The position numbers and the translations under genes were made by a program. Of a stretch of 64,000 nucleotides of DNA, positions 30,039 to 38,468 are shown piece after piece (within the stretch, counting starts at the first letter, position 1; every line of letters begins with the position of its first letter). The DNA is from an uncultured Thalassospiraceae bacterium (lineage in GTDB: Bacteria; Pseudomonadota; Alphaproteobacteria; Rhodospirillales; JAPHRK01): positions 133,474 to 197,473 of the forward strand of contig CBDULT010000003.1 in the NCBI GenBank assembly GCA_965368165.1. Direction: 5' to 3'. The notes below the pieces were generated by a model. The model was not told the DNA's origin. It saw only the letters and a program-made list of their open reading frames with translations, and searched no databases.

Positions 30039-30809
30039 ATGTGTGAGTTACTTGGGCTTAACGCCAATGTTCCAACGGATATTTGTTTTAGTTTCTCAGG
30101 ACTTATGGAGCGGGGCGGGCGAACCGGACCTCATAAAGATGGCTGGGGAGTCGCCTTTTATGAAGGCAAAGGCTGCCGCACATTCCACGACCCTCTTGCC
30201 AGCGCGAACTCTGAAGTGGCAAAGCTGGTTAAAAGTTACCCCATCAAGAGCCTCAATGTGGTTTGTCATATTCGCCAGGCCACTCATGGGCGCGTTTGCT
30301 TGGAAAATACCCACCCCTTTACCCGCGAGCTTTGGGGACGCAACTGGGCTTTCGCTCACAATGGTAAACTGAAAGGGATTAAGCGGTGGCCTTTGACCTT
30401 TTATAAGCCCATTGGGGGAACCGATAGCGAATATGCCTTCTGCTGGATTCTGGACCAACTTCGCCAAAAATACCCTAAACCGCCAGCCAAACCTGAAACC
30501 TTGTGGCGGACCCTCAAAAAGTTGTTTGCCAAGGTCAATGAACTCGGGGTGTTCAACGGCTTGCTAAGCGATTCTAAGTACCTTTATGCCTATTGTAGCA
30601 CAAACTTAGCCTGGGTGACTCGACGCGCTCCCTTTGGGGAAGCAAGCCTGATTGATGCGGAAGTAAACGTTGATTTTGCCCAGGAAACCACCCCCAACGA
30701 TGTGGTGACGGTGGTTGCGACCCGGCCTTTAACCGACAATGAAACCTGGACTGTTCTTACGCCGGGGGCCTTCTTGGTTTTCCATGAAGGCCTTTCTGTC
30801 TTTAATTAA
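30039..30809 (+). CDS. Class II glutamine amidotransferase (YafJ-like)
   Basis: N-terminal nucleophile MCELLG and GATase_4-like sequence (HIRQATHG...NTHPF...FAHNG). Confidence 0.85.
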   Translation: MCELLGLNANVPTDICFSFSGLMERGGRTGPHKDGWGVAFYEGKGCRTFHDPLASANSEVAKLVKSYPIKSLNVVCHIRQATHGRVCLENTHPFTRELWGRNWAFAHNGKLKGIKRWPLTFYKPIGGTDSEYAFCWILDQLRQKYPKPPAKPETLWRTLKKLFAKVNELGVFNGLLSDSKYLYAYCSTNLAWVTRRAPFGEASLIDAEVNVDFAQETTPNDVVTVVATRPLTDNETWTVLTPGAFLVFHEGLSVFN

Positions 30810-30822
30810 TGAAGGAAGAGTA

Positions 30823-31605
30823 ATGGATTCATCTACTGAACGGTTGGTATTGCCAGATGAAGAACTTGAGTATCGTTGGGTTGGTGATGAAAATGCTGCT
30901 GGTCCTGTTCTGGTGTTCCTTCATGAAGGTTTAGGCTGTGCAGCTCTTTGGAAGGATTTTCCTGATAGGGTTTGTACAAAAACAGAAAGACGGGGATTGG
31001 TCTTTAGTCGCTCTTGTTATGGTCATTCTTCTTATGCGCGCTTGCCCCGTGCCGTAGAGTTTATGCATATCGAAGGTCTAGAAATACTACCAAAAGTTCT
31101 TGATGCTGCGGGCATTGAAAAAGCTATTCTGGTTGGTCATAGCGATGGGGCTTCTATTTCCTTGATCAATGCTGGTGGGGTGCAAGACCCACGGGTTGAA
31201 GGATTAATCGTGGAGGCCCCCCATGTCTTTGTTGAAGAATTCTCCATTAAGGCTATTAGCCAAACCCGAGAAACATACCTCAATACCGACCTCAGAAAGA
31301 AATTACGCAAGTATCATGGCCTCAATGTGGATAACGCCTTCTGGGGCTGGAATGATATCTGGCTTGACCCGGATTTCCTGGAGTGGAATATCGAAGAATA
31401 CCTGTCGAAAATCACCATTCCAACCTTGGTTATTCAAGGGGAAGATGATGAATATGGCACCATGGAACAGGTGGACCGGATCGAAGCACAAATTGGTGGA
31501 AAACTGGAAACCTGTAAAATTCCAGACTGCGGTCACTCGCCCCACAATGCGAAACCAGATGAAACACTCAATGCAATGGTTGGGTTTATTAAAGAGTTTA
31601 CCTAA
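30823..31605 (+). CDS. Alpha/beta hydrolase
   Basis: Nucleophile elbow GHSDGAS and C-terminal His (CGHSPH). The ATG at 30823 has an SD and is preferred over the track start at 30739. Confidence 0.8.
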   Translation: MDSSTERLVLPDEELEYRWVGDENAAGPVLVFLHEGLGCAALWKDFPDRVCTKTERRGLVFSRSCYGHSSYARLPRAVEFMHIEGLEILPKVLDAAGIEKAILVGHSDGASISLINAGGVQDPRVEGLIVEAPHVFVEEFSIKAISQTRETYLNTDLRKKLRKYHGLNVDNAFWGWNDIWLDPDFLEWNIEEYLSKITIPTLVIQGEDDEYGTMEQVDRIEAQIGGKLETCKIPDCGHSPHNAKPDETLNAMVGFIKEFT

Positions 31606-32399
31606 GTCTTCTCTGCCAGTCGGTCCAAGCGCAGTCTGTGTCTTGGGTCCGTTAACCTAAAAACAGCCCCGTAGACGGCGGAAACGGCTCCAAGGGCTGT
31701 GCCCCCCGCGATAACGAACATAACTAAGATTTGATATTTTACCGCTTCTAAAGGGTCCGCTCCGGCGAGTATTTGCCCGGTCATCATGCCAGGAATGAGG
31801 ACCAAGCCTGCCGCTGACATGGAATTTATAATAGGCATAAAAGCACTATGAAGAGACTTACGGATGATCGGGCGGGTTGAGATCCAGATTGTCCGTCCTA
31901 AACACAACTGGGCTTCGACGGCTGATTTCTCTCGGGTTAACCCCTCTATCAAATTATGTAGCCCTAGGCTAATCCCCGTCATGGTGTTGCCAATAATGAT
32001 TCCCAGCATAGGCAGGGCAAATCGAGGCGCATACCAGGGGTCTGGTGAGATGGCGGTGAGGGCGGCGGCAGCAACTACCACTGAGGCCATAGACATGCTG
32101 ATTGTTCCAAGCCCATAAGACCACCACCCCTTAAAGCGTCGTTCTTGCCGAGACATAATTTCCCGCCCGGCAAAGGCTATCATGAAGACTGCCGCAAGGC
32201 CTGTCAGAAGGGGCGAGGTGAGGGTGAAGAGGGTTTTAAGCACAAAGCCCATAAGGGTGAGTTGGACCGCAGTTCGAATGGCAGCAACGATCAGTTTTTT
32301 TGCGACACCCAATTGTAAATAAAGGGATATTCCCGCATTAACCAAAACCAATAAAGAGAGAAAAGCTAAATCCCAATAGGATAAGGAGAGGTAACTCAT
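31602..32399 (-). CDS. fetB: FetB/YbbM-like ABC exporter permease (UPF0014)
   Basis: About 7 TM helices and 265 aa. The start overlaps the upstream ATPase gene end by 4 nt. Confidence 0.7.
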   Translation of the reverse strand: MSYLSLSYWDLAFLSLLVLVNAGISLYLQLGVAKKLIVAAIRTAVQLTLMGFVLKTLFTLTSPLLTGLAAVFMIAFAGREIMSRQERRFKGWWSYGLGTISMSMASVVVAAAALTAISPDPWYAPRFALPMLGIIIGNTMTGISLGLHNLIEGLTREKSAVEAQLCLGRTIWISTRPIIRKSLHSAFMPIINSMSAAGLVLIPGMMTGQILAGADPLEAVKYQILVMFVIAGGTALGAVSAVYGAVFRLTDPRHRLRLDRLAEKT

Positions 32400-33010
32400 A
32401 GGGGGCCTTCCGTTGCCTGACCATTGTCCAGGCTAAGAAGCCGTTTTGCCATACGCGTGGCTTGTGACCGATCATGGCTTACCCAAATAACTAGCCCCCC
32501 CGCCGCCATAAACTCACGTACTAAGTTTTCAACAGCCGTGGTTGTTTCTGGGTCCAGGGCTGCTGTTGGTTCGTCAAGGAGAAGAACTTTGGGAGTGGTT
32601 TCTAAGGCCCGGAGTAGGGCGAGGCGTTGCTTCTCTCCGGTGGAAAGCCGTTGAATTGTCCATTCCCCGGCCTCGTCAGGCATGAGCACTGAAGAGAGTT
32701 GTTTTTTGACTTTACCCCAATCAACAAAGTGGTCCTGGACCTTATCGTCCCACCAACCACTCTCCGCCGGGAGGTAGGCAACTTGATTGCGCCACTGATA
32801 ACCTGTCATCTGGTCGCGGTTATGCCCATTAAGGGTGATCGTACCCTCATTGGGGTCTAGGTCTGCAATGGCGCGGAGGAGAAGGGACTTTCCTGCCCCA
32901 GATGGTCCCTGGACAGCCAAGCACTCGCCCCTTGAGAGTTGTAAGGACAGAGGTGACAAACCAGGGCGATGGAGGCCTGTAATTTCCAATGCCCCCAGTT
33001 GGTCTGTCAT
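32396..33010 (-). CDS. fetA: FetA/YbbL-like ABC ATP-binding protein
   Basis: Walker A GPSGAGKS, signature LSTGEKQR, Walker B LLLDEPTAALD. Start taken at MTDQLG (the track allows 33046). Confidence 0.8.
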   Translation of the reverse strand: MTDQLGALEITGLHRPGLSPLSLQLSRGECLAVQGPSGAGKSLLLRAIADLDPNEGTITLNGHNRDQMTGYQWRNQVAYLPAESGWWDDKVQDHFVDWGKVKKQLSSVLMPDEAGEWTIQRLSTGEKQRLALLRALETTPKVLLLDEPTAALDPETTTAVENLVREFMAAGGLVIWVSHDRSQATRMAKRLLSLDNGQATEGPL

Positions 33011-33023
33011 GGCTAAATTGTTC

Positions 33024-33263
33024 CTAGGAGAAGGCCTTAAACGCAACCATGGTAAAGGTGTCTTTTATGCCGGGAAGTTTTTGAATGTTCTCGGTAACGA
33101 AATGACCAATATCGTCATTGTCACCGAGATAGCACTTTACCATCAGGTCATACTTGCCAGAGATGGAGTGGACCTCAGAGACTTGCTCCACTTCCACAGC
33201 TTCGTCGGCAACTTCATAAACCTGACCGAGCTCGCACTTAATTTGAACAAAGATGGTTTGCAT
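33024..33263 (-). CDS. Lrp/AsnC ligand-binding-domain-only protein
   Basis: 79 aa; AsnC_trans_reg pattern (VQIKCELGQVYEVADEAVEVEQVSEVHSISGKYDLMVK). Confidence 0.7.
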   Translation of the reverse strand: MQTIFVQIKCELGQVYEVADEAVEVEQVSEVHSISGKYDLMVKCYLGDNDDIGHFVTENIQKLPGIKDTFTMVAFKAFS

Positions 33264-33271
33264 TGACCGAC

Positions 33272-35350
33272 CTATTCTTGCTTCAACTGTTCAGAAGTTT
33301 TCTCTAATCCCGGAGCGACTTCAACAACTTTCGAGCTATCTTCTTTTGAAGCATTTTCAAGGATAGCAGAGGCCGCCGCTGCCGCAGCTTCAACGGATTC
33401 TGAGGAAGGTGTTTCTTCAACAGGCTCTTTTTCAGCTTTTGATCCAGAAGAGAACACGGATTGGAGAATAGCTTTCGCCGCTTCTACAGTGCCAAGAGCC
33501 CCAGAAGATTTTTTCGTTGCCGGGGCTTTTACCGGGGCTGGAGCTTCCACTGTTTCAGTAACGGATTCAGCTTTAGGCTGTTCGTCAGCTACAGGAGCTT
33601 CCGCAGCTTGTTCTGTAGCGGCGGGAGCTTCGGGTGTTTCTGTTTTAGGCGTCGACGCCTCAAGGTCAACAATAGGGACCTCAACGATTCCAGTTGTTTC
33701 TGGAACCGCTTCCTCCACGGGTTCCGCTTTTTTACGGCGGGGGGTGGTTTTGCGTGGTTTGCGTTTTGGCTTTTCTTCCGCAGCTTTAGACTCAGGCACG
33801 ATGATTGCCGCTTGCAAAATAAATGCCGGAGGATTATCGCCAAACCCTTTTACCGAAATATCGGGTTCGTCGTCGTAGTTGTCCCGATAACGTCCGCGTG
33901 GACGACGTCTGTTGTCGTTGCGATCATTATTATTGTTCCGGGTGTTGCGATTGTTCCGGGTGTTGCGAGTATTGCGCTCCTCATTAGCAACAGGGGTTGC
34001 CTGAGCTTCTGGTGCTGTCTCTTGAGTTGTCTTGTCTTCGCTTGCCGGGGTTGCCGGAACGGCTTTTTGCTCTTCAACAGGTTTTGCCTCGCGCTGATTG
34101 CGGCCTCTGGGACCACGGCGGCTATTGCCTCTTGTGTTATCGCGAGGTCCCCGGCTGTTATCACTATTCCCTGATGAGGTGAAAACTTCGTCGTAATCAG
34201 GCCCCATAAGTTCTTTGAGGTCTAGCTCTGGAATATCGATCCCGATGAGTTTGTTGATAAAGCCCAAGTATTTGCTGTCGTCCCCTGTTGCAATGGTGAA
34301 AGCGTGGCCTTCATTTCCGGCTCTGCCTGTACGACCGATTCGGTGGACGTAATCTTCTGAGTGAGTTGGCACGTCAAAGTTAAAGACATGGCTCATGTTT
34401 TTGATGTCAATGCCACGCGCCGCAACATCACTACAGACCAGCATGGTGAATTCACCAGCTTTAAATTGTTCCAAAGTTTCCATACGCGCAGATTGCACCA
34501 TGTCACCGTGAAGCTGCCCGGCATTAAAGCCGTGGCGCGTCAAAGAGCGGTGGAGGATGCCCACATCTCTTTTGCGGTTACAAAAGATGATGGCATTTTT
34601 AACGTTGTCGTTATGGAGTAATTTACGCAAAACAGCGCGCTTGCGCCATTGGGTTTGCCCGCCTTGTCCACGTCCGCTTAAACGGTAGAGTCCTTGAATG
34701 ATCGTCTTGGAAGCACTCGAAGGAGCGGCAACGGTAATTTCTTTGGGGTTCATTAAGAACACGTCTGCCAACTTACGAATAGCAGGGGGCATCGTGGCCG
34801 AGAAGAACAAGGTTTGGCGAATTTTAGGGAGCAGAGAAACGATTTTCTCGACATCCGGGACAAAACCCATGTCCAACATGCGGTCGGCTTCATCAATGAC
34901 CAATATTTTGGTGTCATTGAGCAGCAAGCCTCCCCGTTCAAACAGGTCGAGTAAGCGACCCGGTGTGGCGATCAGCACGTCAACGCCACGGTCGAGCTTA
35001 GCTTTTTGCTCTTCCATGGAAACGCCGCCGATCAGCAGGGCCATGTTGAGTTTGTTATATTTACCGTAAGTGTCGAAGTTCTCAGCAACTTGGGCAGCAA
35101 GCTCACGGGTTGGTTCAAGAATCAACGTGCGAGGCATGCGGGCTTTGGCCCGGCCTGAAGCAAGAATATCAATCAGTGGTAAAGTAAAGGAAGCTGTTTT
35201 CCCTGTTCCAGTTTGGGCACAGCCCAAAACATCACGTCCCATAAGAACGACGGGGATTGCTTGTTTCTGTATAGGCGTCGGCTCCGTATATCCGGTATCT
35301 TCGACGGCTTTGAGGACATCATCTGTGAGTCCTAGCTCGGAAAAGCTCAT
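33272..35350 (-). CDS. DEAD-box ATP-dependent RNA helicase with about 300-aa low-complexity C-terminal tail
   Basis: Q-motif, AQTGTGKT, PTRELA, DEAD (VIDEADRML), SAT, HRIGRTGRAG. The tail is rich in R/N/T then A/E/P/K. Confidence 0.95.
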   Translation of the reverse strand: MSFSELGLTDDVLKAVEDTGYTEPTPIQKQAIPVVLMGRDVLGCAQTGTGKTASFTLPLIDILASGRAKARMPRTLILEPTRELAAQVAENFDTYGKYNKLNMALLIGGVSMEEQKAKLDRGVDVLIATPGRLLDLFERGGLLLNDTKILVIDEADRMLDMGFVPDVEKIVSLLPKIRQTLFFSATMPPAIRKLADVFLMNPKEITVAAPSSASKTIIQGLYRLSGRGQGGQTQWRKRAVLRKLLHNDNVKNAIIFCNRKRDVGILHRSLTRHGFNAGQLHGDMVQSARMETLEQFKAGEFTMLVCSDVAARGIDIKNMSHVFNFDVPTHSEDYVHRIGRTGRAGNEGHAFTIATGDDSKYLGFINKLIGIDIPELDLKELMGPDYDEVFTSSGNSDNSRGPRDNTRGNSRRGPRGRNQREAKPVEEQKAVPATPASEDKTTQETAPEAQATPVANEERNTRNTRNNRNTRNNNNDRNDNRRRPRGRYRDNYDDEPDISVKGFGDNPPAFILQAAIIVPESKAAEEKPKRKPRKTTPRRKKAEPVEEAVPETTGIVEVPIVDLEASTPKTETPEAPAATEQAAEAPVADEQPKAESVTETVEAPAPVKAPATKKSSGALGTVEAAKAILQSVFSSGSKAEKEPVEETPSSESVEAAAAAASAILENASKEDSSKVVEVAPGLEKTSEQLKQE

Positions 35351-35583
35351 ATGGTTAAGGCTTTAATCCTGTATCTTTGGCGCAGTAGGCGCTCTAAAGT
35401 GAAGGTGTGACTCTAAAAAACTTTTTTTAGAGCCGAGTAATTGCGAGACCGGATACTAGACTTTCCCCCGCCCCTGTCAATCTTTCCGTCTAATAAGGGC
35501 TTAGAAAAGGGTGTTTTGTTGCTTGGCGCGGCATTTTTGTTCGGTTAGGCTATTTTTCACCTGTTTTTATGTGAGGAATAGTT

Positions 35584-36126
35584 ATGCTGCTTGCTGCCAA
35601 CCAAAGCTGTCTCATTGTCATCGATATGCAGGAACGACTGATGCCTGCTATACATGAAGGAGACAAAGCTATTGCCAATGCGGTTATCCTCCTTAAAGCA
35701 GCCAACCGTTTGAAAATTCCTCAAATTATGACTCGTCAGTACCCAAAAGGTTTAGGAAATACTGTACCTGAGTTGGCCGAACTTTCTCCCGTAGAGTCTG
35801 TTTTCGACAAAATGCATTTTGCTTGCACCAAAGAGCCCGGTTTTATGGCTCGGGTGAATGGGTTAGGGCGTGAGAGGATTGTTGTCGTCGGGGCGGAAGC
35901 TCATGTTTGTGTCTTGCAAACGGTTTTGGGGCTTCGCAGTGAAGGTAAAGATGTCTACGTTGTTGCCGATAGTGTATCGTCTCGAACCTCCGCCAATAAA
36001 GAGGCCGCGTTGCTGAGGATGCGCGATGCTGGTGCGCAACTGGTCACAACTGAAATGGTGGTTTTTGAGTGGCTCGACAAAGCCGGAACCCCTGAATTTA
36101 AAGAACTTAGCTCCCTTATCAAATAG
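35584..36126 (+). CDS. Isochorismatase-family hydrolase
   Basis: CLIVIDMQ and VVVGAEAHVCVLQT (catalytic Cys context). Confidence 0.8.
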   Translation: MLLAANQSCLIVIDMQERLMPAIHEGDKAIANAVILLKAANRLKIPQIMTRQYPKGLGNTVPELAELSPVESVFDKMHFACTKEPGFMARVNGLGRERIVVVGAEAHVCVLQTVLGLRSEGKDVYVVADSVSSRTSANKEAALLRMRDAGAQLVTTEMVVFEWLDKAGTPEFKELSSLIK

Positions 36127-36203
36127 GGAAGTCGATCAGAGCGTGCCTGTTTTGACTGACATATCTTGCCCGTCTTTGGTACTTTAAGGGGCGGCAAGAT
36201 TAA

Positions 36204-36347
36204 CTCACTCCCTTGTCGGCATATGAAGAAAAGGGCGATAAAATTCCAAATGCAAAGCTTGTGGTGATCGAAAATTGCGGGCATATGTCCCCTATGGAAC
36301 GCCCCGTAGAGGTCAATTTGGATATTCTTGAAGGGCGTGCAAGATAA
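36204..36347 (+). pseudogene. Remnant: C-terminal ~47 codons of an alpha/beta hydrolase
   Basis: The frame opening after the TAA at 36201 reads ...GDKIPNAKLVVIENCGHMSPMERPVEVNLDILEGRAR*. This is the catalytic-His end of an alpha/beta hydrolase, but there is no start codon and no upstream body. Confidence 0.5.
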
Positions 36348-36361
36348 ATTAAGGACAACTG

Positions 36362-36901
36362 ATGTCGAAGATTATTATGCCCTGGAAGGGTATCTCTCCT
36401 ACAATCGCTGAGGATTCATTTATTGCGCCTAACGCAGCGATTATCGGCGATGTGGTTATTGGCTCCGGGGCCAGCATTTGGTTTGGCTGTACTTTACGGG
36501 GTGATGTTCATGAAATTCGAGTTGGTGACAATACCAATATCCAAGATGGAACCGTGCTTCATGTGACGGGCGGAAAGTTCGGCTGCTACGTTGGGTCAAA
36601 TGTGTTGATCGGTCACTCTGCCTTGATCCACGGCTGCACCATCGAAGACAATGCCTTTATTGGCATGAGTTCGACCGTTCTTGATGGCGCGGTTGTTGAA
36701 GGGGGTGCCATGGTGGCTGCCGGAGCTTTGGTTGCACCGGGAAAAGTGGTTCGTAAAGGAGAGCTTTGGGCTGGAAATCCCGCAAAAAAAATGCGCGATC
36801 TACGTCCCGAAGAAATAGCTTCCTTCGCTGTCGCCGTTGGTGACTACAAAAACCTGGGCCAGGAATACAACGGCCTTCTCGCTGAATTAGGAATGGCTTA
36901 A
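36362..36901 (+). CDS. Gamma-carbonic-anhydrase-like hexapeptide-repeat protein (YrdA/PaaY type)
   Basis: Left-handed beta-helix repeats and His ligands (LRGDVHEIRVG, VLHV, IGHSALIHGC). Confidence 0.85.
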   Translation: MSKIIMPWKGISPTIAEDSFIAPNAAIIGDVVIGSGASIWFGCTLRGDVHEIRVGDNTNIQDGTVLHVTGGKFGCYVGSNVLIGHSALIHGCTIEDNAFIGMSSTVLDGAVVEGGAMVAAGALVAPGKVVRKGELWAGNPAKKMRDLRPEEIASFAVAVGDYKNLGQEYNGLLAELGMA

Positions 36902-36902
36902 A

Positions 36903-37481
36903 ATGAGTACTGAACAGATCCTTAAAGACCGTAGCGACTCTAAATGTGAACTCTGTGGTGCCACCGACTCCTTAGGTGTTTACGAAATTCCGCCGTCTTC
37001 TGATGGCAGCGCGGACCAGTCTGTGTTGGTTTGTGAAACCTGCCAGGACCAGATTGAAAACCCTGAAAAAGTTAACGTTAACCATTGGCGTTGCCTCAAC
37101 GACAGCATGTGGAGCCAGGTCCCGGCGGTGCAGGTGATGGCCTGGCGCATGCTTAATCGCTTAAGCACTGAAACATGGGCCCGTGATCAATTGGATATGC
37201 TTTATCTTGAAGATGATGTCTTAGCCTGGGCTCAATCTGGGAACACGGTCGAGCCTGACGAAGAGATGGTCAAGCATCTTGACAGCAATGGTGCGGTTCT
37301 CGAAGCGGGTGACACGGTAACTTTGATCAAAGACCTAAACGTCAAAGGCGCCAACTTCACCGCCAAACGTGGCACGGCTGTTCGTGGCATTTCTCTTGTC
37401 CCTGACAATGCCAAACAAATTGAAGGCCGCATCAGTGGTCAGCAAATTGTCATCTTGACCGAGTTTGTGAAGAAATCTTAG
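36903..37481 (+). CDS. phnA: PhnA-family zinc-ribbon protein
   Basis: N-terminal CELCG...CETC zinc ribbon. C-terminal PhnA domain (DSNGAVLEAGDTVTLIKDLNVKG...VILTEFVKK). Confidence 0.85.
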   Translation: MSTEQILKDRSDSKCELCGATDSLGVYEIPPSSDGSADQSVLVCETCQDQIENPEKVNVNHWRCLNDSMWSQVPAVQVMAWRMLNRLSTETWARDQLDMLYLEDDVLAWAQSGNTVEPDEEMVKHLDSNGAVLEAGDTVTLIKDLNVKGANFTAKRGTAVRGISLVPDNAKQIEGRISGQQIVILTEFVKKS

Positions 37482-37482
37482 T

Positions 37483-37632
37483 AAACTTGCTCGCGTCGTT
37501 CTTGATGAGGCCAAACGACTTGCGATTCAAGAAGGCGTTGCCGATGCGAATGCCAAACGTGTTATTCCTCATAATCAAGTTAAGGCTTGGTTAGAGAGTT
37601 GGGGAACTGATAACGAACTGTTGCCGCATTAA
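37483..37632 (+). pseudogene. Remnant: C-terminal part of a ribbon-helix-helix (CopG-type) antitoxin-like protein
   Basis: Reads KLARVVLDEAKRLAIQEGVADANAKRVIPHNQVKAWLESWGTDNELLPH*. The ...AGRV..H.EVKAWL.SWGT... tail is typical of CopG/RHH antitoxins (from memory). No in-frame start codon follows the upstream TGA at 37468, and no toxin partner is present. Confidence 0.45.
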
Positions 37633-38363
37633 CGAGAAATCTTAGCGACCTGATCTAAGATCAAATCGGTGATGAAGGGTTCGCAGCCGGTGGGGCGGGC
37701 ATACCAGACTTGTTTGTTACCGCTGGCGTAGGGGCCGATGAGGTTTTGGCTATCTTCCAGACTCTCGATATCTTTTAAGTTTTCCAAAATGCCGAGGGCT
37801 TCGGGGATATCGTGAGAGGCGTGAAGGCCGCCGGAAATCATGAAGGGTATGGCAACCACTATGGGGTTGGAAATGACGGTTTGCCAATTTGTGGCATAAG
37901 GCTCTTGGTCCAGATAGGCTGTTTTTACCTGAGCTAAAGGGGTGTTCTGTCGAATATTTTCGGCAATCTTTTCAGTCTGCTGGGCCGAAGCCGGGTTGGC
38001 GGCATTCCCATGCCCAAGCAACAGCAAAGAGGTTTTTCTTGGGTCTAAGCCGGCAACAGATAAAGCATTTTCACAAGCTGCTGACATGGCGTCAGGGAGT
38101 AAAGGGTGTGCTCCCACAGGGTCGCAAATGCAGGTGTGCTTATCCCCGGACATACCTTTTAAGCCGAGTTCTTTGGGAAGGATTTCATTGGTTATATGGC
38201 CCCGACTGGCAAGCACGGGGACGATAAATGTTTTAGCCGCCGTGATACCGTCGAGTGCTATTGAAAGCCTGGGCTCTTGTTTCCAAAAAGCTGTGCGTAC
38301 TTCCTTGAAATATCCGGCTTTTTCTATGGCTGTGGCATGGATATTTACAGCTCTAGCCCCCAT
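37629..38363 (-). CDS. cbiX: CbiX-type (two-domain) sirohydrochlorin chelatase; conserved N-terminus lies upstream of the first canonical start
   Basis: Second half has LLLLGHG...PFMISGGLHASHDIPEALG; first half has FIVPVLASRGHITNEILP. The 35 codons upstream (38364-38468) are open and encode ...EATLVLAAHGSS, the expected first strand plus catalytic His, but contain no ATG/GTG/TTG. Confidence 0.7.
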   Translation of the reverse strand: MGARAVNIHATAIEKAGYFKEVRTAFWKQEPRLSIALDGITAAKTFIVPVLASRGHITNEILPKELGLKGMSGDKHTCICDPVGAHPLLPDAMSAACENALSVAGLDPRKTSLLLLGHGNAANPASAQQTEKIAENIRQNTPLAQVKTAYLDQEPYATNWQTVISNPIVVAIPFMISGGLHASHDIPEALGILENLKDIESLEDSQNLIGPYASGNKQVWYARPTGCEPFITDLILDQVAKISR

Positions 38364-38468
38364 GGGATGTCGGCTTGATCCATGAGCGGCAAGAACAAGA
38401 GTTGCCTCTTTCCATGCCGGGGGCGGGTTGTTTTTCCAGGAGAAGGAAGAAGGGTCGGTTAAAATGAC

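Noticed and set aside
33931-33975. Short tandem repeat considered as a CRISPR-like or VNTR locus.
   Set aside because: There are only two copies of an 18-nt unit, in frame within the helicase coding sequence. It is reported only as coding low-complexity.
33461-34174. Plus-strand ORFs of 237 aa and 129 aa opposite the DEAD-box helicase tail.
   Set aside because: They are mirror images of the repetitive, low-complexity coding region of the helicase. Their composition (runs of F/R/C/S) is what is expected from the complement of a biased sequence.
35411-35432. Perfect A/T palindrome CTCTAAAAAACTTTTTTTAGAG upstream of the helicase gene, considered as a terminator.
   Set aside because: It lies in the 5' leader or promoter region of the minus-strand helicase, is almost pure A/T with a 2-nt centre, and has no GC stem. 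It may be a leader structure or bent DNA, but it cannot be called.
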